Source: an uncultured virus (IMG/VR IMGVR_UViG_3300031841_005832)
Lineage: Duplodnaviria; Heunggongvirae; Uroviricota; Caudoviricetes
Length of the DNA: 64,000 nucleotides
Direction: 5' to 3' (one strand)
Virus record (IMG/VR): IMGVR_UViG_3300031841_005832
Below, in pieces: positions 47,977-58,055 of this stretch. The notes under the pieces were generated by a model. That model did not search any database and was not told where the DNA came from. It was given only the letters and a program-made list of their open reading frames with translations. A program made the translations under genes and the position numbers. How positions within the stretch are numbered: the stretch's first letter is position 1; every line of letters begins with the position of its first letter.

Positions 47977-49602
47977 TTAAAGTTCCTCTATTAAGCCTAA
48001 ACCTTCTCCTCCTTCCTTTTCAGTTATTGAAATTGCGCACCCAATCATAAGGATGTTGCAAACGACTGATGTTGCGTGCATAAGCGAAGAAACGACAACA
48101 TCGTGAGGATCAATAATTTTCATTTCAAGCATGTCCCCGTATCTGGAGTTTCTTGCATCGTAGCCGTAATTAAGCTTATTTGTCCTTGTCAGCTTTCGTA
48201 TAACTATTTCGGGAACCTCGTCAGTGTTCTTAACAATCTGAGCTATTGGGACAGTACACGATTTCACTAGAGCATCAAAGCCGGCGTTAAAAGAACTGTT
48301 TCCGGAGTTACCTCTTTTAACTTTTTTAGAGGCTTGTAAAAGAGCGGTTCCGCCTCCAGGTTGTATTCCTGATCTTTTTGCAGATCTAGCTGAGCACAAA
48401 GCATCGTCAACTCTGTCTCTTCTTTCGAACATTTCACCTTCTGTACTTCCGCCTACTCTGATAATTGCGATACCTTCTGACAATCTTCTTATTCGTCTAT
48501 TTAAAAGACCTACCTCAGAATCATCTAGCCCGGGGGCTCTTGCAGACTCAGAAAGACTTTCAGCTCGGCTTTTTACTGCATCTCTATTGCCTTTAGTCCC
48601 TATCAAGAGAGTTCCGTACTTGTCGACAATGATCTTGTCAGCGCTTCCAAGAAATTCTGAAAGATCGTCTGTCTTTTTTACTTCGTGCTCTGAAGTTATT
48701 ACAGAGCCTCCTGTAACAAGAGCAAGGTCGTCGAGGGCTTGTGATCTTGCATTTCCAAACTCAGGAGCTTTTATAGCACATACACTTAATGTACCCTTCA
48801 TCTTGTTTACAACGAGCGTCTGAAGTGCTTCGTTTGCTATGTCATTAGCTACTATCAATAGAGACCTATTAGAAGAAGCAGAGTATTCAAGAAACGGAAG
48901 AATACTTTGGGCATTAGTAAGAGTCTGGTTGCACATCAAGACAAGTGCCTTTTCAAGCTCGGCTTGTCCCTTGTTTTTATCAGTAGCAAAATAGGGAGAA
49001 AGATATCCTCTGTCAATAACTGTTCCCTCAACAATGTCTAGCTGCGTGTCGAAACCCTTTGCGTTTTCTACTGTTATAGGGCCATCAGGGCCAACTCTTT
49101 CGATCGCCTCAGCTATTAACTCTCCGACAAAATCCTCTCCGTTAGCAGAGATGGTAGCCACAGATACAAGCTGCTCTTCAGTATCAAGATCAATTCTAGA
49201 CTCTTCTAAGGCTTCTAAAACCTGATTGCAAGCCTCTTCTATGCCAGCGGTTACCTGACGTGCATCATGACCGGTCTCAAGGAGTCTGTTTCCTTCATCA
49301 AGGAGGTGAGAAGCTAAAACAGTCGAAGTCGTAGTTCCATCGCCTGCGACGTCTGCTGAGCGCTGTGCAGCCTCTTTTACAATCTGGCACCCTAGATTTT
49401 CAAACGGGTCTTTAAGATTTACAGCATTTGCGACAGTAACGCCGTCCTTCGTTAAGTGAGGGCGCATCCCTTCCTTGATAATCGCTACATTCTTTCCTTT
49501 TGGACCAAGAGTTACACTAACAGCATCAGAGAGTTTGTGAACTCCTTTTACTATCTTTTCTCTTGCGTCTGATTGGAATTTTAATTCTGAAACCTGAGAC
49601 AT
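47977..49602 (-). CDS. groEL: Chaperonin GroEL (phage type)
   Basis: TLGPKG, TKDGVTVA, GDGTTT, RVDDAL, GGG; no GGM tail. Confidence 0.95.
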   Translation of the reverse strand: MSQVSELKFQSDAREKIVKGVHKLSDAVSVTLGPKGKNVAIIKEGMRPHLTKDGVTVANAVNLKDPFENLGCQIVKEAAQRSADVAGDGTTTSTVLASHLLDEGNRLLETGHDARQVTAGIEEACNQVLEALEESRIDLDTEEQLVSVATISANGEDFVGELIAEAIERVGPDGPITVENAKGFDTQLDIVEGTVIDRGYLSPYFATDKNKGQAELEKALVLMCNQTLTNAQSILPFLEYSASSNRSLLIVANDIANEALQTLVVNKMKGTLSVCAIKAPEFGNARSQALDDLALVTGGSVITSEHEVKKTDDLSEFLGSADKIIVDKYGTLLIGTKGNRDAVKSRAESLSESARAPGLDDSEVGLLNRRIRRLSEGIAIIRVGGSTEGEMFERRDRVDDALCSARSAKRSGIQPGGGTALLQASKKVKRGNSGNSSFNAGFDALVKSCTVPIAQIVKNTDEVPEIVIRKLTRTNKLNYGYDARNSRYGDMLEMKIIDPHDVVVSSLMHATSVVCNILMIGCAISITEKEGGEGLGLIEEL

Positions 49603-49604
49603 TT

Positions 49605-49796
49605 TCACCCCTTTAATATCTGCTTTCTCGACTCTGTGAGAATCGCAGAAGTATTGCCTAGAATTCTTCTGTTTCCAGTCAAGGCATTTTCTGCTATAAC
49701 CAAGTCACCAGATCTAAAGGCTATTTCATTTGCTTCTATTTTTCCTTCTAAGCGAAGAGCAGAAAGCTGATCTTCTGTTAGTGCAACCTTATCCAT
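49605..49796 (-). CDS. Small hypothetical protein
   Basis: Coupled ORF. Confidence 0.6.
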   Translation of the reverse strand: MDKVALTEDQLSALRLEGKIEANEIAFRSGDLVIAENALTGNRRILGNTSAILTESRKQILKG

Positions 49797-50592
49797 TCAA
49801 ATTCTCCATAGTTGTTTTCCATTTGGACCAAGCGTTACCAATTATAGTCTTGAAGGCTCGATTTTTAAACTCTTCGAACAAACTATGTTCATCAAAAGAA
49901 TATTTTTCTTTTTCCCATTTTAGACAAGACTCAGGTATGTCTACAAGCTTTATCTGCCTCTTGGCACTTTCAAAAGTCTCTCTTCTTCCTGGGACCTTCG
50001 AAAGAAATGCTTCAAGTTCCTTAAGATTAGAAGCTAGCTTGGTCGCAGTTTTTGGCCCGACGCCTTTGATGCCCGGAATATTATCAGTAGGGTCTCCCTT
50101 GAGGCCCTTCCAGGTCAGGTAGTCAACGTGCCACTTATCGACAAATTTCTTCTTAACAGGATTCCAGAGGCTCACGTTTTCTTCTTCGAGAAGCTGAATG
50201 AAATCAGAATCAGAAGAGCAGATTACAACCTTGTCGCCTGAGTCTGAATATTTCTTAGCAAGAGTACCAATTACATCATCACACTCATAGTCTGGATGTC
50301 TTATGAAGGTCACTGGAAAATACTTGCAGATCTCAAAGATATCTCTTTTTTGTCGGTGAAAGTCAGGATCTTTTAGAGATTCTCTGTTTCCTTTATATTC
50401 TCCTCCAGACTCTGCGATCCTATGCTTGGGTCGACCTTCAGAGACTATGTAAACTAAACTTGGTTCGTGTCTTTCTATTTCAGATCTCAGAGACCTAAAG
50501 AAATTGAAGGTAACAGAATGTTCACCGGACCCAAAGCCAAATCGAGACCGGTGAATCATGTTGTACGCGTCTACTAAAAGAATCTTATTCAT
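49789..50592 (-). CDS. 5'-3' exonuclease / T4 RNase H-like flap nuclease
   Basis: LLVD, YKGNR, ECDDVIG, SSDSDFIQL, GDPTDNIPGIKGVGPKTA. Confidence 0.93.
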   Translation of the reverse strand: MNKILLVDAYNMIHRSRFGFGSGEHSVTFNFFRSLRSEIERHEPSLVYIVSEGRPKHRIAESGGEYKGNRESLKDPDFHRQKRDIFEICKYFPVTFIRHPDYECDDVIGTLAKKYSDSGDKVVICSSDSDFIQLLEEENVSLWNPVKKKFVDKWHVDYLTWKGLKGDPTDNIPGIKGVGPKTATKLASNLKELEAFLSKVPGRRETFESAKRQIKLVDIPESCLKWEKEKYSFDEHSLFEEFKNRAFKTIIGNAWSKWKTTMENLNG

Positions 50593-51052
50593 GAGAAAGC
50601 TCTCTAGGAAGTGTGACTTTAACTTGCTGTCCTCCGATATCAACAAAAACTTGCTCAGGCTCTAAATCATTTTTAGTCTCAGGATCGATCACAAGGGTGT
50701 GAGCTTCGAGACCTAAAGATTGATCTGGCGACTTCTCATCATTAGTTTCAAGATCGACGGGCTTGACTCCAAACGAAGCAAATGCTACCTCTCCCGCCCT
50801 TCTCATAGTGTGAGAAACAAGCTCCAGAGCAGCCTCCTTTAGGTATTCATAAGCCTTTTCATAGTTTTCAAACCAGGTTGCATTGTAGTCCTCTAAGACA
50901 ATCTTTTTTCCAGTTGGTGAAGTAACTATGTTTTTAACAGCTTCTCCTTCTAGGGTGACAGAAGAAATTATCTCTACGACCTGACAGGGTACTACAGAGT
51001 GAGTCTTCTTGTCGAGAACATAAACAACCTTACCTACGGATAGCTTCATCAA
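50585..51052 (-). CDS. Hypothetical protein
   Basis: Coupled ORF. Confidence 0.6.
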   Translation of the reverse strand: MMKLSVGKVVYVLDKKTHSVVPCQVVEIISSVTLEGEAVKNIVTSPTGKKIVLEDYNATWFENYEKAYEYLKEAALELVSHTMRRAGEVAFASFGVKPVDLETNDEKSPDQSLGLEAHTLVIDPETKNDLEPEQVFVDIGGQQVKVTLPRELSHE

Positions 51053-51704
51053 GGGCCTCCATCTCTATGTTGTATTTCGCAGGAGTGGTCTTCCAATACG
51101 AAATAGATTTTAATATTTTCTCTTTCTTTTTCTCAGTGGTTGCTGCTGGAAGCTTTTTGGATAATTTTAAGAGCTCCCTTTCGTTCACGTTGGTCATTTT
51201 TCCTAAGAGAACGTTAGCCCTGTCAGCAGCTTTGTGCTTCATGAGCTGTGTCTTTCCTCTTGATCCGTTTGACAGTTTTCTGTAGTCGTTCACTGTCAAT
51301 CCCTCGTAATGAATTACAGCGAACTTGTCGAAGTCTTTGTCAGCTACTACATACAGATAGTCAAGCGAACCTTTCTTGACTAGGGTTTCATAGTCAGTCT
51401 GAAATGATATGTTGCCTTTTTTCTGGGGAGAAGTAAGTTTACACTCAAGCTCTTTTCGAAGCTCTCCGATTACTATGTCGGGCTCGCCAGTTCTTCCATC
51501 TTCGGTAACGCCAGTGTATTTTCGGGAGAGCTCTTGAGCAAAAAACTTTTCTTGTGCCTGAGAAAGTAGAATATTTCTTCTGCCCAGGTTCTCAAAAAGA
51601 TTGAAGTCGTGCTTTTTCATGACTTCCTCAAGATCCTTGTGAAAGCTTCTCATTTTCATGAGGGCTCTGATTGAGTCTTCTCTGTTTAAAAAGCTGTCTG
51701 ACAT
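51030..51704 (-). CDS. Putative PD-(D/E)XK nuclease
   Basis: GEPDIV...ELECK; ATGTAA-N17-TAGAAT upstream (51730-51758). Confidence 0.6.
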   Translation of the reverse strand: MSDSFLNREDSIRALMKMRSFHKDLEEVMKKHDFNLFENLGRRNILLSQAQEKFFAQELSRKYTGVTEDGRTGEPDIVIGELRKELECKLTSPQKKGNISFQTDYETLVKKGSLDYLYVVADKDFDKFAVIHYEGLTVNDYRKLSNGSRGKTQLMKHKAADRANVLLGKMTNVNERELLKLSKKLPAATTEKKKEKILKSISYWKTTPAKYNIEMEALDEAIRR

Positions 51705-51770
51705 ACGTGCACCTCCTAAGTACATGTATATTCTAACACCTCTTCGTTCAATTTACATTTTTATTCAAGA

Positions 51771-52124
51771 CTATTTTTGAATCTTTAGATTTTCTCTAAT
51801 GTTGTTGGTTATTTGTCTGCCCTTTGAGACTGCAGAACCCATGGGCTCGAGACCTAGAGCAGATCTAACCTTATCGTAGGTCTCAAGATCTAGACGCGTC
51901 TTTAGATAATTCATGTCCGCATACTGGTGGAGATCCATTTCAGTTACTGGTAACTCTTCTCCGTCCGGACCGGGTTCAACTTCTCCAGTCTCTCTAGACT
52001 CAAAAACGTAGAGAAGCTTAGGCATCTCTTCTGTGGTTGGTACGGGAATAAAAGGTATGTGGCTTGTTAACCCTTCATCTCCAGAATCTTCATACATTAT
52101 CTCTGGTATCCAGTTGTTCTTCAA
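51771..52124 (-). CDS. Hypothetical protein
   Basis: TTG start with AGGAG. Confidence 0.6.
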   Translation of the reverse strand: MKNNWIPEIMYEDSGDEGLTSHIPFIPVPTTEEMPKLLYVFESRETGEVEPGPDGEELPVTEMDLHQYADMNYLKTRLDLETYDKVRSALGLEPMGSAVSKGRQITNNIRENLKIQK

Positions 52125-52154
52125 AATTTTCTCCTTAGCTCTAGCAAGATTTTT

Positions 52155-53411
52155 CTAAATGTTAATATATCTAGTTTTTGCATCTTGTATCAACTTAGAC
52201 AATTTTAGTCCTGCAGGTGTCTTGGAGATGATAGAAAGAGCTTTTTCAGAAGGAAGCCTTTTCTCGAGATCTTTTCCTAACGATCTTTTCATTTTGAGTA
52301 CTTTTTTATCAGAAGACTCGAGAAAATTCTTTTTCATATCTTCAAAGACAGCTTTCTTCGCAGAGTCTAAAATTTCTGATTCTGACACTTGAGATTCTGG
52401 CTCATTTCCCTGAGAAGATAGATCCTCGATCTTGTCTCTAAAGTCTTTTGACTGAGAGAGCTTAAGGGCTCCATTTTCGATTTCTTTTCTCAGAGTCTGA
52501 GGTGCTCCTTGCAGATCTATACCTGAAGATTCTATTCCAGCAAGTTTTTTTACAAACTGATCTGCATCGGTAGCTTCAGAGATGGCGTCTATTACTGACT
52601 CTTTAGCAGAGACTTCTTTGTCATATCCTTCAATTATATCCTCATATGCGGACTGCATTTTTTCTTGAGCAGATTCCATTTCAGAAGATACTCCAGTTGA
52701 TTTAAGAAACTCTCTAAAATCTTCTAAGAAGTCTCCTTGCTTGTTTTCCGATATCAGAGTCTGACTTGTGTTTGTAGCTTCGTTCTTATCTGTGCTCTTC
52801 TTTTCTTGCTTTTCTTGATATTTTATATACTCGCCTACAGCTGCTCCGCCCAGGAAGAGCATAAACATCTTGTCTATAAGAGGAGTCTTATCGTCGGAAC
52901 TATCGGGCAATGATGAAGTAGTCGTGTCTAATGACGCTGAGCTTACTCCCGGAAGAAGTGATAAAAATCCTTGCTTGATCCCTAGATTGCTTAAAAAAGT
53001 TCCGATTCCCTCAGCAGAGTTATAGCTAGAAGCCCCTAGGGCAGACAAAGCGTAGATCCCCGGGGCGTATATCATTGCAAGAAGATCTGCATCGCCGGCG
53101 CCCAAAGCTTCATCGGCTTTGCTCATTAGAGGCTCCCACTCTTTGCCGATAGCTTCGTATCTTTTGTCAAAATTATCTAGCCTTGCCTGCTGAAGCTTTG
53201 GACTAAAAGATAAAAGAGTAGTCCCTAAGATAACCATGACACCGGAAATTACATCTTGAGTTGCTAAATTGGCAGCTTTTACTGCATCGGCAAAAGGTTC
53301 GACGAAAGTTGTATAAAGATCTTGCTCTTCGAGTCTATTTTCTGATATCAGACTCTTTATCTTGATCTTGAACTTTTGTTTGGCGAGTGCCTCTTTTAAG
53401 TCTTTATTCAT
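52155..53411 (-). CDS. Hypothetical (putative virion) protein
   Basis: IKSLISE..LEE leader-like N-terminus. Confidence 0.6.
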   Translation of the reverse strand: MNKDLKEALAKQKFKIKIKSLISENRLEEQDLYTTFVEPFADAVKAANLATQDVISGVMVILGTTLLSFSPKLQQARLDNFDKRYEAIGKEWEPLMSKADEALGAGDADLLAMIYAPGIYALSALGASSYNSAEGIGTFLSNLGIKQGFLSLLPGVSSASLDTTTSSLPDSSDDKTPLIDKMFMLFLGGAAVGEYIKYQEKQEKKSTDKNEATNTSQTLISENKQGDFLEDFREFLKSTGVSSEMESAQEKMQSAYEDIIEGYDKEVSAKESVIDAISEATDADQFVKKLAGIESSGIDLQGAPQTLRKEIENGALKLSQSKDFRDKIEDLSSQGNEPESQVSESEILDSAKKAVFEDMKKNFLESSDKKVLKMKRSLGKDLEKRLPSEKALSIISKTPAGLKLSKLIQDAKTRYINI

Positions 53412-53950
53412 CTTTTCATTCCAAAATTCTTTGTAACTCTGCCGTTCTTGACTCTGTTAGTCTTGAGCTGGACATTAGAATCTACAAAAGTCTTGATAAT
53501 AGTTCTAATGTTTCTTACGTTGTCTTCAAAGACCCTTACAGTCTGTATTTCATCGTCGTTTATTATTCTCTTAAGAATATATTCGGCTTTTGCCCTAGGA
53601 TCTGAAGAACCTACAGCTTCGACGTGAATCTTTGGTATTTTATTGTTTATCAAAAACGCCCTTACAGGCACCGGATTAGATCTTGCCGTAAGAATCACAA
53701 CTCTAGAAACGCCGTCTGAATCTATGGAGTTCAAAAGCTCTTCGAAGACAGGCTCTATTATTTCTGGGTTCTTGGGGTAAGAGTCGAAGTCCGAGAAATC
53801 TTCGGTCTCTCCGTCCTGTGGTGTGTATTTTGCATATTCTTCAGAAGACAACTCCTTGACGGAGCCATCAGGAGATGTTATGACAACCCTGGCATCGCTT
53901 TTAACTAGAGTATCATCAAAATCAAAAATATGAAGAGTTTTCATAGCCAT
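53408..53950 (-). CDS. HAD-superfamily phosphatase
   Basis: FDFDDTL, ILTAR, FEDN..N. Confidence 0.8.
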   Translation of the reverse strand: MAMKTLHIFDFDDTLVKSDARVVITSPDGSVKELSSEEYAKYTPQDGETEDFSDFDSYPKNPEIIEPVFEELLNSIDSDGVSRVVILTARSNPVPVRAFLINNKIPKIHVEAVGSSDPRAKAEYILKRIINDDEIQTVRVFEDNVRNIRTIIKTFVDSNVQLKTNRVKNGRVTKNFGMKR

Positions 53951-53985
53951 TCTAATTATGGCATTTTAGGAAGAAATGTATTGTT

Positions 53986-54345
53986 TTAATTTTTAGGAAC
54001 GGGCATTTGATCAATAAGGTTGTTTCTCTTGTAATGCATGTCGTGCATGCCCTTAAGAACTCTCTTTGCGACTCTTATTACAGCGTCGTCGAAATCCTTA
54101 TCAGACTTTGATTTTTTGAATCTATCTGTTATGGCATCATCAACAAACTTATTGACTTTGCCTCTTGTCCCGAAAAAGCTTTTTCCGAGCTCTCTATCGA
54201 TAGCTTTTGATATCTCTTTCTCAAAATATTTGCGAGCCTGAGACTTTGCTATCTTCTCTATCTGATTCTTGTCAGATCGAGAAAGCTCCTCAGAGAGAAG
54301 AGCCTCTCTAACAATGTTTCTGATTTGGTTTTCTGTAAGCTTCAT
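53986..54345 (-). CDS. Leader-motif protein
   Basis: MKLTENQIRNIVREALLSE. Confidence 0.75.
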   Translation of the reverse strand: MKLTENQIRNIVREALLSEELSRSDKNQIEKIAKSQARKYFEKEISKAIDRELGKSFFGTRGKVNKFVDDAITDRFKKSKSDKDFDDAVIRVAKRVLKGMHDMHYKRNNLIDQMPVPKN

Positions 54346-54353
54346 CACAGTCT

Positions 54354-55313
54354 CTAGTCAGAAAGAATTCCAGCCATTCGACGCCACCGCTCGATGACTA
54401 GATCGTCTGATTCTTTTTTGGACTCTGCGACGTCGGTCGGTTGATCTTCAGAGGCATAAGGTTCGTTGAGATCGACCGCACCCGTCTGCAGGAGCTTTAT
54501 AGCTTGAGCTAGATGACCTTTTCCCTTGCTTATGACAGGCATATCAGGTCTTTCTGGGAAACCTCCAGGAACTGAGAGTGTTAGCTTGGAAACGTTGTCT
54601 CCCATTTTTTTAGAAGCAGCAACGACTGCAGCTTCGCCAGCCTGTCCTGTAAATTCCTCACAAGCTCTTTGACATTCTTCTGCAGAAGCTCCCCAGAACC
54701 CTTCAGCGACAAGTTTCTGAAGCTGAGGTAGAATTCCTGATTCATTGAATTGATCGAAACCCCCAGAGCCTGGCTTGCCTGATGTTATGCCGAGCTTTAC
54801 AGTTATCATGTTCAGGGCTGCGATCATCTGCTTTGCAGGAAACTCTACTATAAAACCTCCAACTGAAGCGTTAGGATCAACCATGCCCGTGGCTATCCAG
54901 CGATGATGACCATCCATTATATGATTATCACTTGTGATTATAGCTCCTAAATCTCCTCCAGGTCCGTCTGGAAAAGGGTTGACTTTGAGTATGGCACAAA
55001 TTGCAAATTGGCATGCCTTTTCAATATTCATAGAGCTCTGTGAGGGCTTTAGTTCTTTGACAGCCATCTGACCGGCTGAAGCTTTGACGATGTCGTCATC
55101 AGGACTGCCGTCTTCTGATCCTTTTGTTACAAGCTTCTCGGCTTCGGGACCTGCTTTGGAGGCAGCCTGAGAAAGCTTCAGAGGAAACCTCTCTGGGTCG
55201 ACTTTAGTTGGGTTTGCATCTTCTGAAATGACGTCCTTGATAAGGCTCTTAAGCTCTTCAATTCTCAGCTTTTTTGGCACATCAAAATCGTATAGTTCTT
55301 TTAAAGTTTTCAT
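54354..55313 (-). CDS. ParB/Srx-like domain protein with leader and C-terminal RWRRMAGI motif
   Basis: LKPSQS...IITSDNHIMDGHHRW. Confidence 0.7.
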   Translation of the reverse strand: MKTLKELYDFDVPKKLRIEELKSLIKDVISEDANPTKVDPERFPLKLSQAASKAGPEAEKLVTKGSEDGSPDDDIVKASAGQMAVKELKPSQSSMNIEKACQFAICAILKVNPFPDGPGGDLGAIITSDNHIMDGHHRWIATGMVDPNASVGGFIVEFPAKQMIAALNMITVKLGITSGKPGSGGFDQFNESGILPQLQKLVAEGFWGASAEECQRACEEFTGQAGEAAVVAASKKMGDNVSKLTLSVPGGFPERPDMPVISKGKGHLAQAIKLLQTGAVDLNEPYASEDQPTDVAESKKESDDLVIERWRRMAGILSD

Positions 55314-55346
55314 ATTTCTCCAGAATTTTAAATAACTGTCAACCTA

Positions 55347-56551
55347 TTAAATATTCTTTCTGTAGGCTTTTAGCGCCCTTTCAAAATCGTAACCTTCTCC
55401 CACTATAATAGGGCTGTCTTCAGTTCCTTTCCCAGAAGCCTGTTTTGACGACTTTAGATCAGATCTTGAATCAGGAGATTTTTCTCCCTTTGTACTTACT
55501 CCAATGTCCTTTGGCTCTAGGGCTTCGGCGCCCTTTTCAACTCCAGTGAGTATTTGAGCTATCCCAGTCATGAAAGCTAGCAAAGTCTGCCTCTCAGATG
55601 TACTGAGTCCTTCAAAATACTGTTCAAAAGATTCTTTGACGTCCGGGTCTTTTAGGGATTTCCCGCCTCTGAGTGCGTTGAGCTTATCAATAACAGATCC
55701 TAGAGTGGGAGCTTTTAGAACCTTTTCTTTAGGGACTTTTAACTTCGGAGAATCCGCTGTACCTTTTCCGCCTGTTCGGTCTTCTCTTTTTTTATCCTCA
55801 GAGTCATCCTCTTCTTTTTCGGCTTCATCCTGAGTTCTTGGGTTCTCATCTGAGTCTGAGACGATGCCTCTATCTTTTACAGATTTCGCCATTCGCTCTT
55901 GTCTCTTTTTTTCCTCGTCTCCATCAGAAGAGAGCTTTGTCTCAAGAACAGCTTTTACAGATCGACTAATCTCTCTGGTTATCAAGCTGTTTATATCATT
56001 TATTGACATTTTTCTTCCCATGAGTAATTAAGTTTTGAGGAAGTTCCCTATAGAGCTTAGCAAGCTTTCTTGCATAGTTGTTTTCCTCTTGCTCTTGCAA
56101 CCTTTCAAGCTCTTCAGTCCTAAGTCTATCTCTTTCTTCGATGTCTTTCATGAATTTTTCGAAGTCAAGCTTATACTGTTTCATTAAATATTCTCCGGGT
56201 CTTTATTGTTAAAAGATTGTTTTCCCATGAAACTATCTCATTGGGTATCTGAATGAAATGTTCTCCTTCTATTTCTGCTTCAACGGAGTCTGATCTTAGT
56301 AGATCTCTTGTTGAAAGCGAAGGAACCTCGAGAGTAAAAGAAAAAACTTTGTCCTCTATCTCTATCTTCTTCAAAGAAAAGATGTAACTCTTTCCTGAAA
56401 TTGTTAGGTGATTTTCTTCGGAAGGTTTATCTTCAGAGATATCAGCAGATGAATGCTCGTCTAGACTTGATAAAACCCCTTCCAGGGATTTGCTGATTAT
56501 CACATTCTCAGGGTTTCCTAAAACCCTTTCAAACTCTTTATCTGCAGTCAA
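55347..56551 (-). CDS. Three hypothetical genes (55347-~56009, 55996-56184, 56171-56551)
   Basis: Overlapping co-oriented ORFs in the putative late cluster. Confidence 0.55.
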
Positions 56552-56909
56552 AGTCTAAAACGTCCCTATAAATTCTATCGATCTGAACTGTGTATTCTTT
56601 GTCAAGATCAGTTATTCTGTTAATGTCTTTCGTGTAAATCTCTATGTTAACCTCTAGATGATCGATTCTCATCTGACCGTGATGATTAACATGATCTTCG
56701 TGCATCATGACTTCGGAAACAAAGCTGGCTAACCTCTTTCGAGAGACGAACTTAAATGTTTTCGAAAATCTTTCCGGATCTGTGTGTACTTCCCACGAGA
56801 ACTTTTTTACTTGAACCGGTTGTAAACTAGTGGGTATACCAAAAGGATCACGTCCAATTTCGGTGTTCTCAAAATATTCGTTCAAGAGTCTTTTTAAACT
56901 AGTTTTCAT
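56538..56909 (-). CDS. Pterin-4a-carbinolamine dehydratase-like protein with leader
   Basis: W...KTFKF...FV......NHH...V.I..YTKD...ITDLD. Confidence 0.7.
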   Translation of the reverse strand: MKTSLKRLLNEYFENTEIGRDPFGIPTSLQPVQVKKFSWEVHTDPERFSKTFKFVSRKRLASFVSEVMMHEDHVNHHGQMRIDHLEVNIEIYTKDINRITDLDKEYTVQIDRIYRDVLDFDCR

Positions 56910-58034
56910 TCAACCCTCTGACGTCTTCTCCAGAGCCTGTTTAATAGCCTTAAGCCTCAATCCCTTAGAAGTGGACTGCCACTTGTCAAGCGATCTTTGA
57001 ACGAGATCATCACTATATTCAACTGATGCCTTAAGCGCAGGCAGAGCAGAAGAAATCTTTCTAGCTATTTCAGGTATGTCCTGTTCTTTTATCTCACCAG
57101 AATCGATCAATTTCTTGAGTCTCTTTAAAATAACTTCGGGCTTCTTAGATGAAGCACCTGTAACTTGATTGAATACTGTCTGATGAAGAGCGTCTGGAAT
57201 TCCAAGATCTGAGATTTCTTTCTTGAGTTTCTTTGTAGCTTCTCTAACTACTTCTCTGTATGCAGGAAGAACAAAAGTCCCAACGAAGAAAAACCTAAAA
57301 GAATCTAATCCTTTTACCATATCGGGAGACTTTTGAAGGTCTCTGGCATCCTCTTCTTCGATGAAGTCGCCTTTTAGCAAGGTGTCGACATATTCTCCTA
57401 CAGCATACTCCATGAGAGCGTTGAGGTCTTCTTCTGAAACTTTTTGAACAAAGTATTCGAGCCTGTTTGTTATTTTATCTATTTCTTGTCTAACTCCAGG
57501 AGCTCCGGAATATCCAAACTTTGCAGCAAGATCCTCAAGGCTCATGCCTTCGTTGTCTTCGGTCTCAGGCTCAGAGTCTCCGAAATAGTCAACCCCGCCA
57601 GTTCTATACTTGTCAAACTCTCTTTTGTCTTCGTCTGAAAGCATTTCTTTGAGGACGTTCTTTATCATTTTTTTAGATCTGGATTCGCTTACTTCTTTAG
57701 AGTCCAATTCTTCACCAGCCCTATCTGTTGAGTCGTCTAAGAGCTTGTGAAGCTGTCTATAGAAAAACTCTAACTGTCCTTGAGGTACCATTCTAGCTAT
57801 AGCGCTAGCTGACTTAGAAAGCTCCTCTATGTTCCCAGGAACGTAATCTTCATCCTCTACAGGGGGCCTCTCAACAGAAAGCTGACTTGCCATTTGATTA
57901 GTAGGCATAATCGGAGCTGAATCGGGAACTGTATCTTCTGGTTCTTTGTCTAATTCAGCAACAGATCCCATAGGACCCGGCTTGTCGTAGATTCCATAAG
58001 CTATGTCTTCAAGAAATATATTTCTCTTTTTCAT
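56910..58034 (-). CDS. Hypothetical (putative virion) protein
   Basis: Internal MIKNVLKE motif; ATACTTA upstream. Confidence 0.6.
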   Translation of the reverse strand: MKKRNIFLEDIAYGIYDKPGPMGSVAELDKEPEDTVPDSAPIMPTNQMASQLSVERPPVEDEDYVPGNIEELSKSASAIARMVPQGQLEFFYRQLHKLLDDSTDRAGEELDSKEVSESRSKKMIKNVLKEMLSDEDKREFDKYRTGGVDYFGDSEPETEDNEGMSLEDLAAKFGYSGAPGVRQEIDKITNRLEYFVQKVSEEDLNALMEYAVGEYVDTLLKGDFIEEEDARDLQKSPDMVKGLDSFRFFFVGTFVLPAYREVVREATKKLKKEISDLGIPDALHQTVFNQVTGASSKKPEVILKRLKKLIDSGEIKEQDIPEIARKISSALPALKASVEYSDDLVQRSLDKWQSTSKGLRLKAIKQALEKTSEG

Positions 58035-58055
58035 TTTTCACCTCAAGGGTAAGTA

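Noticed and set aside
11124..49602. Window is bacterial chromosome or eukaryotic giant virus
   Set aside because: Housekeeping genes are isolated, often shortened and mixed with phage-type genes; SD sites, sigma70 and tmRNA indicate a bacterial virus
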